Shown here in pieces: positions 17,720-25,505 of a stretch of DNA of 64,000 nucleotides (position 1 is its first letter; the number at the start of each line of letters is the position of its first letter). This DNA comes from a virus: positions 1-64,000 of IMG/VR virus record IMGVR_UViG_3300027659_000020, one strand, 5' to 3'. The position numbers and the translations under genes are program-made. Under the pieces are notes generated by a model. That model searched no databases, was not told the origin of the DNA, and saw only the letters and a program-made list of their open reading frames with translations.

Positions 17720-17795
17720 GGTCCTGTAGCTCAACGGTTAGAGCAGAGGACTCATAATCCTTTGGTTGCGGGTTCAAATCCCGCTGGGACCACCA
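17720..17795 (+). tRNA. tRNA-CAT, probably Ile2 (lysidine-type)
   Basis: GACTCATAATC anticodon arm resembling bacterial Ile2; elongator Met not excluded. Confidence 0.85.
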
Positions 17796-17810
17796 TATAC
17801 ATATTTCTAT

Positions 17811-17886
17811 GCGGTAGTATCTCAGTTGGTAGAGAACGAGTTTTCCAAACTTGATGTCGCAGGTTCGATCCCTGTCTGCCGCACCA
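17811..17886 (+). tRNA. tRNA-Gly(TCC)
   Basis: GCG acceptor start, TCC anticodon. Confidence 0.92.
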
Positions 17887-17901
17887 ATTTCACATACATA
17901 T

Positions 17902-18411
17902 ATGAGCATTGCACATCTTCTAGGTAATGGTCCTTCCCGCAAGGACTTTGTAAATGACCCCAATGGGCCAGCATTTGGCTGTAATTTATCTGATTCTGCG
18001 TTACCACTAAAGGCAACGTTCATCATGGATAAAGTCTGCATTGGACATATCCATAATAATAAGTTGAAGCTAAACTTTCCGGTGATTGTGCCGCAGAATA
18101 TAACGCGGCTCGTGCAACAGTGCGATCCTGCACCAGTTATTCTAGATACTATCTTAAATAACGTTGAGAATGGAGAATCTACGGGACATAAAGCGGTCGA
18201 ATATCTGCTCAGCAAAGGCTTTACTGAGATTCATATGTGGGGCTTTGATTCGCTCTACCGCGAGACGATAGAATCTGATAGCCATACAAAGATGCCCGAG
18301 TGTCCAGCGTCTGCAAATAACTGGAAGAAATGGCGTAAGAACTGGCAAAGTATCTTCAATTCCGAGCTTGGTAAGAAGTGCAAGTTCGAGGTTCATGGGA
18401 AGCCCTTGTAG
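17902..18411 (+). CDS. GT29/Maf-like (GNGPS...GFD) Rossmann-like protein
   Basis: LLGNGPSR, GCN, STG..A, IHMWGFD; stop lies within tRNA-Arg. Confidence 0.65.
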   Translation: MSIAHLLGNGPSRKDFVNDPNGPAFGCNLSDSALPLKATFIMDKVCIGHIHNNKLKLNFPVIVPQNITRLVQQCDPAPVILDTILNNVENGESTGHKAVEYLLSKGFTEIHMWGFDSLYRETIESDSHTKMPECPASANNWKKWRKNWQSIFNSELGKKCKFEVHGKPL

Positions 18412-18478
18412 CTCAATTGGAAAGAGCACCGTTTTTCTAAATCGGCGGCTGTGGGTTCAAATCCCGCCGAGGGCACCA
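18402..18478 (+). tRNA. tRNA-Arg(TCT)
   Basis: GCCCTTG/CGAGGGC, TCT anticodon. Confidence 0.9.
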
Positions 18479-18481
18479 GAA

Positions 18482-18706
18482 TTATGCAAGCTGTTGCAGC
18501 ATCTTAATGATGTGCTCGGCTTTTGACCACTGGCCAGAATCGATAGCTGCAAGCAATTCTTTTTTTAGATTGTACACTATATCAGCTAGATCGGTACCAA
18601 GTATACTGTTTCCAATCGAGTGTGAAGCTTGAGGTGGAGTATGCTTGCCGTAAATGCTAGCAGCTTGCTTGATCCCTATGGAATTACTGATGGGGCTTAT
18701 TTCCAT
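18482..18706 (-). CDS. hypothetical protein
   Basis: 74 aa, minus-strand TATAAATA at 18713-18720. Confidence 0.6.
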   Translation of the reverse strand: MEISPISNSIGIKQAASIYGKHTPPQASHSIGNSILGTDLADIVYNLKKELLAAIDSGQWSKAEHIIKMLQQLA

Positions 18707-18864
18707 TTGAGCTATTTATAAAAAGCGTACTTTCTTCTGCTTGTCAGAAGTAATGGTGGAGGGCTTCATCTAAGAAGCCCCTCGCGACTGAGTAACCTGC
18801 GCAGTGGTTGCTCCTTATTTCTAACCGTCTGTTGGTAATCAATAGCTTAGGTAATTCAAAGTGC

Positions 18865-18892
18865 TTTACATTTTTAGTGGATGACGTAGGAT
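18865..18892 (+). promoter_or_regulatory. sigma70-like promoter
   Basis: TTTACA-16-TAGGAT; exact IHF consensus AATCAATAGCTTA at 18837-18849. Confidence 0.6.
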
Positions 18893-18898
18893 TATCCT

Positions 18899-19366
18899 AT
18901 GAATTCAATGCCTACCATCACCTTCACCGCTGGTTGCGGTGGTTCTGGCAAAAGTACAATGCTCAAGAAGAACTACCCCGGTTTGCCTGGCGTTGACTCG
19001 GATGCCATCAAGATGGCGATGCCGAACTACGATTCAGCTAATCCGCAGCTGGTGCACGATGCATCTACGACGATTGCCATGCGCGAATTCTACTCCCGGC
19101 TCGGCGCTGGCAAGGATTTCTTCTTCGATGGAACTGGCAAAAACGTCGAGAAATACATCAGCCTTATCACTGCTGCCAAGGCTGCTGGCTTCCAGACACG
19201 GATGTTCTTTGTTCGCGCTAAGATTGAAACCTGCCTTGCTCGGAATGCTGCTCGGACACGAGTGGTTCCAGCGGAGGTTATTCTTGAAACCTACCAAGCG
19301 CTTGAGGTTGCACAAAGCATTCTAAAGCACTACGTTGACTTCTATGAGGTTGTCAATAACGACTAA
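18899..19366 (+). CDS. P-loop kinase (AAA_33/zeta-toxin-like)
   Basis: AGCGGSGKST, DSDAIK, FDGTG, RNAARTRVVP. Confidence 0.82.
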   Translation: MNSMPTITFTAGCGGSGKSTMLKKNYPGLPGVDSDAIKMAMPNYDSANPQLVHDASTTIAMREFYSRLGAGKDFFFDGTGKNVEKYISLITAAKAAGFQTRMFFVRAKIETCLARNAARTRVVPAEVILETYQALEVAQSILKHYVDFYEVVNND

Positions 19367-19370
19367 TTTT

Positions 19371-19748
19371 GGGCGCGTTCTGGATTCTACTTAATGGTGG
19401 ACTTACTGGAAGCAAGCATGGTTGCTGGACCATTCAAAACCTGCAAAAACACAAACGGCATCAACAATGTCATCGCTGCAATCTTCGGTCAGACCGAGCA
19501 GCATCAGCTCGCTGCCTAATAACAGCGACCGATTCTAGTACCGATACTCGCTGAGTATTGGAATCGTCATCTAGCGAGTCTTGAGTGTTAGGTTTTTACT
19601 TGGTTAGTAGCACTCGAGTACACAAATCGAAGTTATGCTGAGATGAGAGCAAGTCCTCTTCTCAGAAGAACACAAATCTTGCTAAGCTTGTAGAAACTGG
19701 ATAGAAAAACTGCTAAGCACGCGGGTTCAACTCCCGCCGCGTCCACCA
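19371..19748 (+). ncRNA. ssrA: tmRNA; tag reading frame GINNVIAAIFGQTEQHQLAA** at 19457-19519
   Basis: GGGCGCG/CGCGTCC-ACCA with G3-U, GGATTC 5' motif, GGTTCAACTCC T-arm, tag ending LAA then TAA TAA. Confidence 0.93.
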
Positions 19749-19752
19749 ATTT

Positions 19753-19920
19753 ATGAGTATAGACAAAGCAATTAAACACAAAAAAGAAAAACGCAAAGAA
19801 TACCGTGGATCAAAGCGGTTTGATCGCACGTGCCGAAATCACGGGAGATGCCCTTACTGTGCTGGCGGCCGCCAACATAGGATGCGTCGGCAAGAACCAA
19901 TAGACCAGCTTTCTGAATGA
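19753..19920 (+). CDS. small basic Cys/His protein (55 aa, below track cutoff)
   Basis: MSIDKAIKHKKEKRKEYRGSKRFDRTCRNHGRCPYC. Confidence 0.7.
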   Translation: MSIDKAIKHKKEKRKEYRGSKRFDRTCRNHGRCPYCAGGRQHRMRRQEPIDQLSE

Positions 19921-19935
19921 TCTCGCTGGTTCTAT

Positions 19936-20124
19936 TTAACCAGAACCATTTATTTTCTTGAACTCAATCTTACCAGATTGAATGATGACCTCAAATGTGT
20001 CTCCATGCTGTACTCTCAAATGCTCAGGTCTGAGTTCGTCATCGAAGATGATAGAGTCATCCTCAGTAAGCTTAAAGCTGTAGTCTAGGAATGTAGTAGG
20101 AAACTTCTGCAGATCGTGATGCAT
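19936..20124 (-). CDS. hypothetical protein
   Basis: 62 aa ORF. Confidence 0.55.
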   Translation of the reverse strand: MHHDLQKFPTTFLDYSFKLTEDDSIIFDDELRPEHLRVQHGDTFEVIIQSGKIEFKKINGSG

Positions 20125-20157
20125 TTAGTTATCTATCTAAAATTTTCCATTTTATTG

Positions 20158-20212
20158 TTTACAGATGCACTAATCAATGTATGATCTAGTCTGTAATCTT
20201 CGTTCTTTAACA
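20158..20212 (+). promoter_or_regulatory. promoter plus boxA-like antitermination motif
   Basis: TTTACA-16-TATGAT then CGTTCTTTAACA (rrn boxA consensus TGCTCTTTAACA). Confidence 0.6.
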
Positions 20213-20215
20213 TTT

Positions 20216-20314
20216 TTCAAGTAGATACCCGTTTAATGAAAATAATCGCCCAATATGTCTGAGGCTGGTTACTACGGTGCGGAAATTGACAAATACACCG
20301 AGCATCTACTTGAA
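20216..20314 (+). ncRNA. putative structured RNA
   Basis: 11-bp TTCAAGTAGAT/ATCTACTTGAA closing stem; internal CGGTG/CACCG. Confidence 0.55.
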
Positions 20315-20317
20315 TCA

Positions 20318-20409
20318 TTTCACAGGTCGCTCTGTTGAAACTCTAAAGGTTATGTCGAGCGCTAGTGACCCTTGCCGGTATCACACAGGTTGACCTCTAA
20401 CCTTTAGAG
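20318..20409 (+). ncRNA. putative pseudoknotted RNA
   Basis: 12-bp CTCTAAAGGTTA/TAACCTTTAGAG; upstream GGTCGCT pairs with internal AGTGACC. Confidence 0.55.
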
Positions 20410-20417
20410 AATTTTTT

Positions 20418-20786
20418 CTCTGGATTGATCTCCGGAGGCTCCGTTCCTGAGGCAGGTTTTCTCGAACTTGTTGTCACCACGGGCGTAAGCAGTACTGGAA
20501 TCTTTGTGATAAGGAAACAAGCCTTGGCAAAGACTGCATTACGACGCCGATGGAACGGAGTAACTTTCATCATCATACTCGACTAGGCGAGTCTAAATAG
20601 AAGTATAGGCCTAGTGCGGCAGGGATAACCTCCCTGCGACTTGCCACGCCGCAGTCCGGTCGAGCTCCCGGTTAAAGCCAAAAGCGCTGCGTGAATAAAC
20701 GTGAGAACAAAAATCCGCTGGAGTATATCTCTCTGGAGTATAAATAAATCTCACTGCGATTTAGATATTCGCAAGCGTGGCGCCAC
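20418..20786 (+). ncRNA. large (~370 nt) multi-stem noncoding RNA candidate
   Basis: CTCCGTTCC/GGAACGGAG, ACTAGGC/GCCTAGT, TGCGGC/GCCGCA, GCAGGGA/TCCCTGC; no ORF of 60 aa or more within it. Confidence 0.55.
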
Positions 20787-20807
20787 ATTTTGTTCTTTTT
20801 ACATTTT

Positions 20808-20882
20808 TGCAGAGTAGATCAGTGGTAGATCGCTTGGCTCATAACCAAGAGGGCAGGGGTTCAATTCCCTTCTCTGCACCCA
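20808..20882 (+). tRNA. tRNA-Met(CAT), initiator-like
   Basis: GGCTCATAACC anticodon arm, A11-U24 D-stem pair. Confidence 0.88.
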
Positions 20883-20883
20883 A

Positions 20884-21268
20884 TTTTCTTAGACCACAAA
20901 TCGGCAATTGCGCCGTCAGTGGTCGTATTCATCGAAGTCAGCAACATCCGATAAGCAGAACAGCTATGGTTGCCGAGTGACTAATTGCGACGGATGGTAT
21001 GCGAAGCCCGGTTGTTAAGTCCTGCTGTTATCTATAACGGACTCAACCGGTGACAGTAATGTCTAGCAGAGCCCAGGACAACATCGATGAGCAGCGGTCT
21101 AAGAGAAAATGCAGATACTGCATCCCATGGGATACCGTGGGAAGCTTTCGTTAGGTCTAAACCTCACGCGGAATGTAGAACCGCGGTGTATTACTAGTTA
21201 AAATGTGTCTCGACTATGGAGACATCAGATATGAGGCTTTGAAAGTTCACAAAGACCAGCTTTTTTGA
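20884..21268 (+). ncRNA. structured noncoding region (one or two RNAs)
   Basis: TCTTAGACC/GGTCTAAGA, TCATCGA/TCGATGA, CCGGTTG/CAACCGG, GACA-GTAA-TGTC, CCCATGG/CCGTGGG, TGTCTC/GAGACA. Confidence 0.55.
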
Positions 21269-21289
21269 AGGTGTATATATAATTTTCCT

Positions 21290-23203
21290 ATGCATAATAC
21301 AAACAACCGAATAAACCTGAAGAACAAATTGCTTTCTAGCATTCTTTTCTTCTTTTTTGCAGTCACAGCGTTTGCCCTTCCCGGCACCAGCGCTACTAAT
21401 CTGCAGACAACTACCGGAGTTTCCGCCACAGCTAGTGGCGCAACCCTCTCTATCGCAGCTCCAAACAAATCAGTTTTGACATGGCAGAATTTTGGAAGTG
21501 GTGCTGATGCTATCGCTGCAGGCGATACTATCAATTTTGCACTTCCTTCTATCTCGTCATCTGTTCTGAATATTGTTGCTGGCGGTGCTCGTTCCACGAT
21601 TGATGGAACAATTACCTCTAACGGTAACGTATTCTTGCTGAATGGCAGCGGTGTACTTATTGGCAATGGCGCACGCATTGAAACCAACTCGCTTTGCATC
21701 AGCACTTCCGACAATGCAGCATTCGCGAATTACTACTTTCAACAAAGCGGAAAGCTTCCTTCTCAGGACAGTCTAGTTCTTGCTGCTGGATCAACGCAGA
21801 TCAATTCTGGATCGGTTATTACCGTGACAGAGAATATCTCGCTTTACACGAAAAACCTCGAGCTTGGTGGTGCAGTTATCAATGGCAATCTGCGCGTTAA
21901 TGCAGATGGCATTGTTAACCTGGGTTCATCTGGTTTGACATTCGTTAATGGTAATATCGCAGTTACAAATCCAACGGGTCTAACGACTCTTGGCTCAAGT
22001 GGCAATAATCTGCTCTTTAGCAATGCAATTACTATCGATGGCGGCGCAGTCAATCAGCCAATCAACTCATCTGTCTCTGCAAAGAGTCTGACGATTGAGG
22101 CAGGGACCAACAATGTCTCATTGGCACGAGTCACTGTTCCAGCTATTGTAGCAAATGGAAATAACGTGAGCGTGACTTTTGGCGCTGTCGTCAATCCTAC
22201 CTTTAGCTCAAATGCCACCGGGAACATTGCAGTGGTATCTCCAACCTCTCTGGCTGTCAATAATTTGAAGAATAGCACAGGCACCACAAGTGTTCTGGCA
22301 TCCGGTGCACTAACTCTCGGCAATATCCATGTGGATTCTGCAGCCGCTACTACATTCACTGGCTCTTCAGTTTCTGATTCACGGGCTAATTCCTTTGTCT
22401 ATGGTCCAGTGACATTTGCTGCTACTGCAGGCGATGTCAGTCTGACCAAAGAAGGACATAGCTTTGGCCCTGTCAGTGTTACTGCCACCGGCAATGCCAC
22501 TATTACTGAATCAGCCGCGCTGAATCTAAATGTAGTTAATGCTGCAAGCTTGGTAGCGAAGTCGAATGAATTTATCTTTCAGACGCCCGCTACCGGTGTA
22601 TTGACAACTCAATCCGCAACCATTACTACTGCTGGCAATGTCACGCTAAATGCAGTTACGAATAACATCGGAAATCTTACTGTCTCCGGCGCTAACATCG
22701 CAGTGACCACCAGCTCTGCAATTGCTCTGGGCAATACTGATACTGGTGGTACATTGACTCTCGGCACCTCGGGTGCAATCACTCAAAGTGCTGATACGAA
22801 GATCAATGTCTTTGGCACAACTACTCTAACTACAATAGATAATGCAATCACTCTGACCAATGCCGGTAATCGATTCGGTGGGCTGAATTTTGATACCGGT
22901 CTGGGCGGCACGATCCTTGTAACCGAGGATACCACTCTGAATGTAAGCGCCCTTCGTGCCAATACAGTTACTCTTAAGAGTCTCGATAGTGTTATCACTA
23001 CCGGAACAAATGCAGTAACCGCGAATCTCGTTAATGTCCTGGCTGGAAAAGACTTCATTCCTGCAGCCAACTTCCGCGCTAATAATGGTCTGACTGTTCT
23101 GGCAAGTGGAACCGCAGATCTCAGCCTACTGAGCCTATCGGCTAATCTGAACAATCGTATGCCAAGCATCATTGCCACAGCATTCAAGACACCAACTCCG
23201 TAA
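21290..23203 (+). CDS. secreted beta-helical protein with filamentous-haemagglutinin N-terminal (TPS-like) domain
   Basis: signal peptide ..TAFA|LP; LTWQNF, SSVLNIV, IDGTITSNGNVFLLNGSGVLIG; repeated beta-rung motifs. Confidence 0.82.
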   Translation: MHNTNNRINLKNKLLSSILFFFFAVTAFALPGTSATNLQTTTGVSATASGATLSIAAPNKSVLTWQNFGSGADAIAAGDTINFALPSISSSVLNIVAGGARSTIDGTITSNGNVFLLNGSGVLIGNGARIETNSLCISTSDNAAFANYYFQQSGKLPSQDSLVLAAGSTQINSGSVITVTENISLYTKNLELGGAVINGNLRVNADGIVNLGSSGLTFVNGNIAVTNPTGLTTLGSSGNNLLFSNAITIDGGAVNQPINSSVSAKSLTIEAGTNNVSLARVTVPAIVANGNNVSVTFGAVVNPTFSSNATGNIAVVSPTSLAVNNLKNSTGTTSVLASGALTLGNIHVDSAAATTFTGSSVSDSRANSFVYGPVTFAATAGDVSLTKEGHSFGPVSVTATGNATITESAALNLNVVNAASLVAKSNEFIFQTPATGVLTTQSATITTAGNVTLNAVTNNIGNLTVSGANIAVTTSSAIALGNTDTGGTLTLGTSGAITQSADTKINVFGTTTLTTIDNAITLTNAGNRFGGLNFDTGLGGTILVTEDTTLNVSALRANTVTLKSLDSVITTGTNAVTANLVNVLAGKDFIPAANFRANNGLTVLASGTADLSLLSLSANLNNRMPSIIATAFKTPTP

Positions 23204-23291
23204 TAAAACCTAATTTTTGATTTCAACGGCCGGCAAAGTAAAATCTTGCTGGCCGTTTTTATCGATAAAACAGAAAACAAACCTAAACTAC

Positions 23292-23963
23292 ATGAAGAAA
23301 ATTCTCTTCGCTCTAATCGCACTTATTGCAACAGCTGCTTCTGCCGCTCCAACCAATGGAGGATCCGTTTACCTCGGATATCGCGAGAAAGATATCACGT
23401 TTGGCAAGCTATCTTCGCCATTGGCTGCCTATGTAGCTGATGCTAATTATCGTCTCGGAAGCTTTCGAGTTGGTACAGTAATTCAGAATAACCTATCGCT
23501 CAAAGACTCGTCAATGTACCAGGCTGATCTGATTGGTGGGTACACTTTCTTTTCTACTCTGGCCGATGTTGAAATTGGCACGCAGTATGTCACGAAGTTC
23601 AAGACTGAAACTCTTGATAAGAAGAACCACAATCGCCCATTTGTGCTAGTCACTAAGGGCTGGTTTTCAGTCAGAGGAACTGTTGACCTCGAGTCACAGA
23701 CCACTAACATCGAAGGTGCTTTCACTAAGACAACTCCGCTCTTCTTTGGTGTGGGATTGCTTACCTCGATTCATGCCGGATATACTGATGCAAATGATGC
23801 AATTCCGCGCACTGTTAAAGAGATCAAATATACCAACGCGTACTATGGCGGTTCTGCCGATCTTGTATACCGCATCTTCAATGCGGGAATCTACACGGTG
23901 CACACCGGCCTTACTAGCAAGTATACCACTGGATGGCGAGTAGGAACAACTCTGAAGTTCTAA
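23292..23963 (+). CDS. putative outer-membrane beta-barrel protein
   Basis: signal peptide MKKILFALIALIATAASA; alternating beta pattern; C-terminal GWRVGTTLKF. Confidence 0.7.
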   Translation: MKKILFALIALIATAASAAPTNGGSVYLGYREKDITFGKLSSPLAAYVADANYRLGSFRVGTVIQNNLSLKDSSMYQADLIGGYTFFSTLADVEIGTQYVTKFKTETLDKKNHNRPFVLVTKGWFSVRGTVDLESQTTNIEGAFTKTTPLFFGVGLLTSIHAGYTDANDAIPRTVKEIKYTNAYYGGSADLVYRIFNAGIYTVHTGLTSKYTTGWRVGTTLKF

Positions 23964-23985
23964 CCAGTTATAGTTAATTCCCTAT

Positions 23986-24019
23986 TAGTGGCTAAGTCGA
24001 AAGGTTTAGCCACTTTTTT
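23986..24019 (+). terminator. Rho-independent terminator
   Basis: AGTGGCTAA..GAAA..TTAGCCACT followed by T-run. Confidence 0.8.
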
Positions 24020-24020
24020 G

Positions 24021-24049
24021 TTTACAAATGCGCAGACTAATGGTAGGAT
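24021..24049 (+). promoter_or_regulatory. sigma70-like promoter
   Basis: TTTACA-17-TAGGAT. Confidence 0.65.
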
Positions 24050-24058
24050 AGTATCTGT

Positions 24059-24625
24059 ATGAAATACATCTTTGTAGATCTCGATGAGTGTTTGTTTTGT
24101 GCCCGTGCTCTGTACTCAGCATTAGACATCACTGAAGCTCAGCTGCTTCTCAAGCCAAATGAGAAACTAATAAATGCCGTAGGTCCGCTTCAGGATGATA
24201 CTGATGACTTCTATGCATCTGCGCTGCGCCCAGGAGCACTCGAGCTGCTGAAAGCTCTGCGCGAGATTCCAGATTCCAAGGTTTGTGTTCTCACGTCTTC
24301 AATTCAATGCTACGCACGAGCTAATAACATTGCGCATGGCCTTGGCTTTAGCAATACCGATATCTATACTCGAGAGGATCTGAAGTATGGGGCATTGAAT
24401 CCAGAGCTATTCGGATCTGGGCCAGTCTACTTGATCGATAATCTACCTCGCTATGAGAACGGGTTAAAGTTGAAGTTTCTCAGGGATATTGCACAGCCTG
24501 CAAAGTATATCAACTATATCCAGGTTCGGGAATACCGGGCAATGGACGATATGGGCGATATGCCGTTTTCTGCAGAAAGTATCGCTGATATTCTACAGGC
24601 TATCAACGACTTAGGTGTTTCTTAA
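24059..24625 (+). CDS. HAD-superfamily (NIF/FCP1-like) phosphatase
   Basis: IFVDLDECL, LRPGA, VLTSS, LIDN. Confidence 0.75.
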   Translation: MKYIFVDLDECLFCARALYSALDITEAQLLLKPNEKLINAVGPLQDDTDDFYASALRPGALELLKALREIPDSKVCVLTSSIQCYARANNIAHGLGFSNTDIYTREDLKYGALNPELFGSGPVYLIDNLPRYENGLKLKFLRDIAQPAKYINYIQVREYRAMDDMGDMPFSAESIADILQAINDLGVS

Positions 24626-24648
24626 ATCGTTAGTACTTAACTCATTAT

Positions 24649-24891
24649 ATGACCAAATCTGTTCAATCTTATGGCTTCGACCGTTACTATGCGAAAGCGC
24701 GTGCAACCACCGTGAAACGACGCGAGGCGGGCGCTAGCTCGATCTCTGATGATCAGACCTATCGTGCAGCGCTAGCATTAGATCAAATGCAATGGAAGAT
24801 CAACGGGTTACGTCTTACACAAGAAGAGTACAGAGAATGGAGCGGGTTTATTGACGATCTCTCAAAGCTTTTACCGCAATTGCCCAAGTAA
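24649..24891 (+). CDS. hypothetical protein
   Basis: 80 aa ORF. Confidence 0.5.
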   Translation: MTKSVQSYGFDRYYAKARATTVKRREAGASSISDDQTYRAALALDQMQWKINGLRLTQEEYREWSGFIDDLSKLLPQLPK

Positions 24892-24973
24892 TTATTTGGC
24901 CGTTGCTTGATCACCAACAACTTACACAATTTTCTATTATATCTATTTTTCTAAAACGTGTTAGGATTTATAC

Positions 24974-25270
24974 ATGATGAATACTACTAAAGCATCGAAC
25001 ACAGTTAAGCGCAAGCTGCTTATTAAAAAAATCGAGGAAGAAGTCAAGAAAGCAAAAAAGCCTATTAAGGAGCCAGCGGTCGAAAAGACCGAAAAGTCAG
25101 ATCGTGCCTGGAAAGGCACGAACATTCTCGATGGTACTACTTCCGAGAAAGAAACGCCCAATACCGCTGGCAACTACGGCACTGTCTATGCTGAGCGGGA
25201 TGGCGTTGGTTACTGCTACCAAAACGGCGAGGTGGTTAGCAGCAATAACTACAACAGCCGCAAAGCCTAA
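24974..25270 (+). CDS. hypothetical protein
   Basis: 98 aa, Lys-rich N-terminus. Confidence 0.55.
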   Translation: MMNTTKASNTVKRKLLIKKIEEEVKKAKKPIKEPAVEKTEKSDRAWKGTNILDGTTSEKETPNTAGNYGTVYAERDGVGYCYQNGEVVSSNNYNSRKA

Positions 25271-25275
25271 TCACC

Positions 25276-25503
25276 ATGAATCTTAATAACTATTCTCTGC
25301 TTGAGGTGCTCGGCATAGCTGTTACTGCAGTGTGTGCAGTATTCGTTATCTCAGTTGTTCTAGCGCTGCCCATCTTGTGGCTTTGGAACAGCACGATGCC
25401 TGAACTTTTTGGTCTCCGTGACATCAGCTGGTGGATGGCCTGGAAGATTTCTATGCTGACCAGTTTCCTATTTAAGATCAATATTGGCGCTAAGAAAGAC
25501 TAA
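25276..25503 (+). CDS. small membrane protein
   Basis: hydrophobic; WLWNSTMPELFGL motif. Confidence 0.7.
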   Translation: MNLNNYSLLEVLGIAVTAVCAVFVISVVLALPILWLWNSTMPELFGLRDISWWMAWKISMLTSFLFKINIGAKKD

Positions 25504-25505
25504 CT

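Noticed and set aside
19369-19554. 61-aa ORF
   Set aside because: Lies within tmRNA; only the tag frame is meaningful
20418-20786. Possible RNase P RNA given its size
   Set aside because: Conserved GAGGAAAGTCC and 3' ACAGAA..CGGC motifs not found
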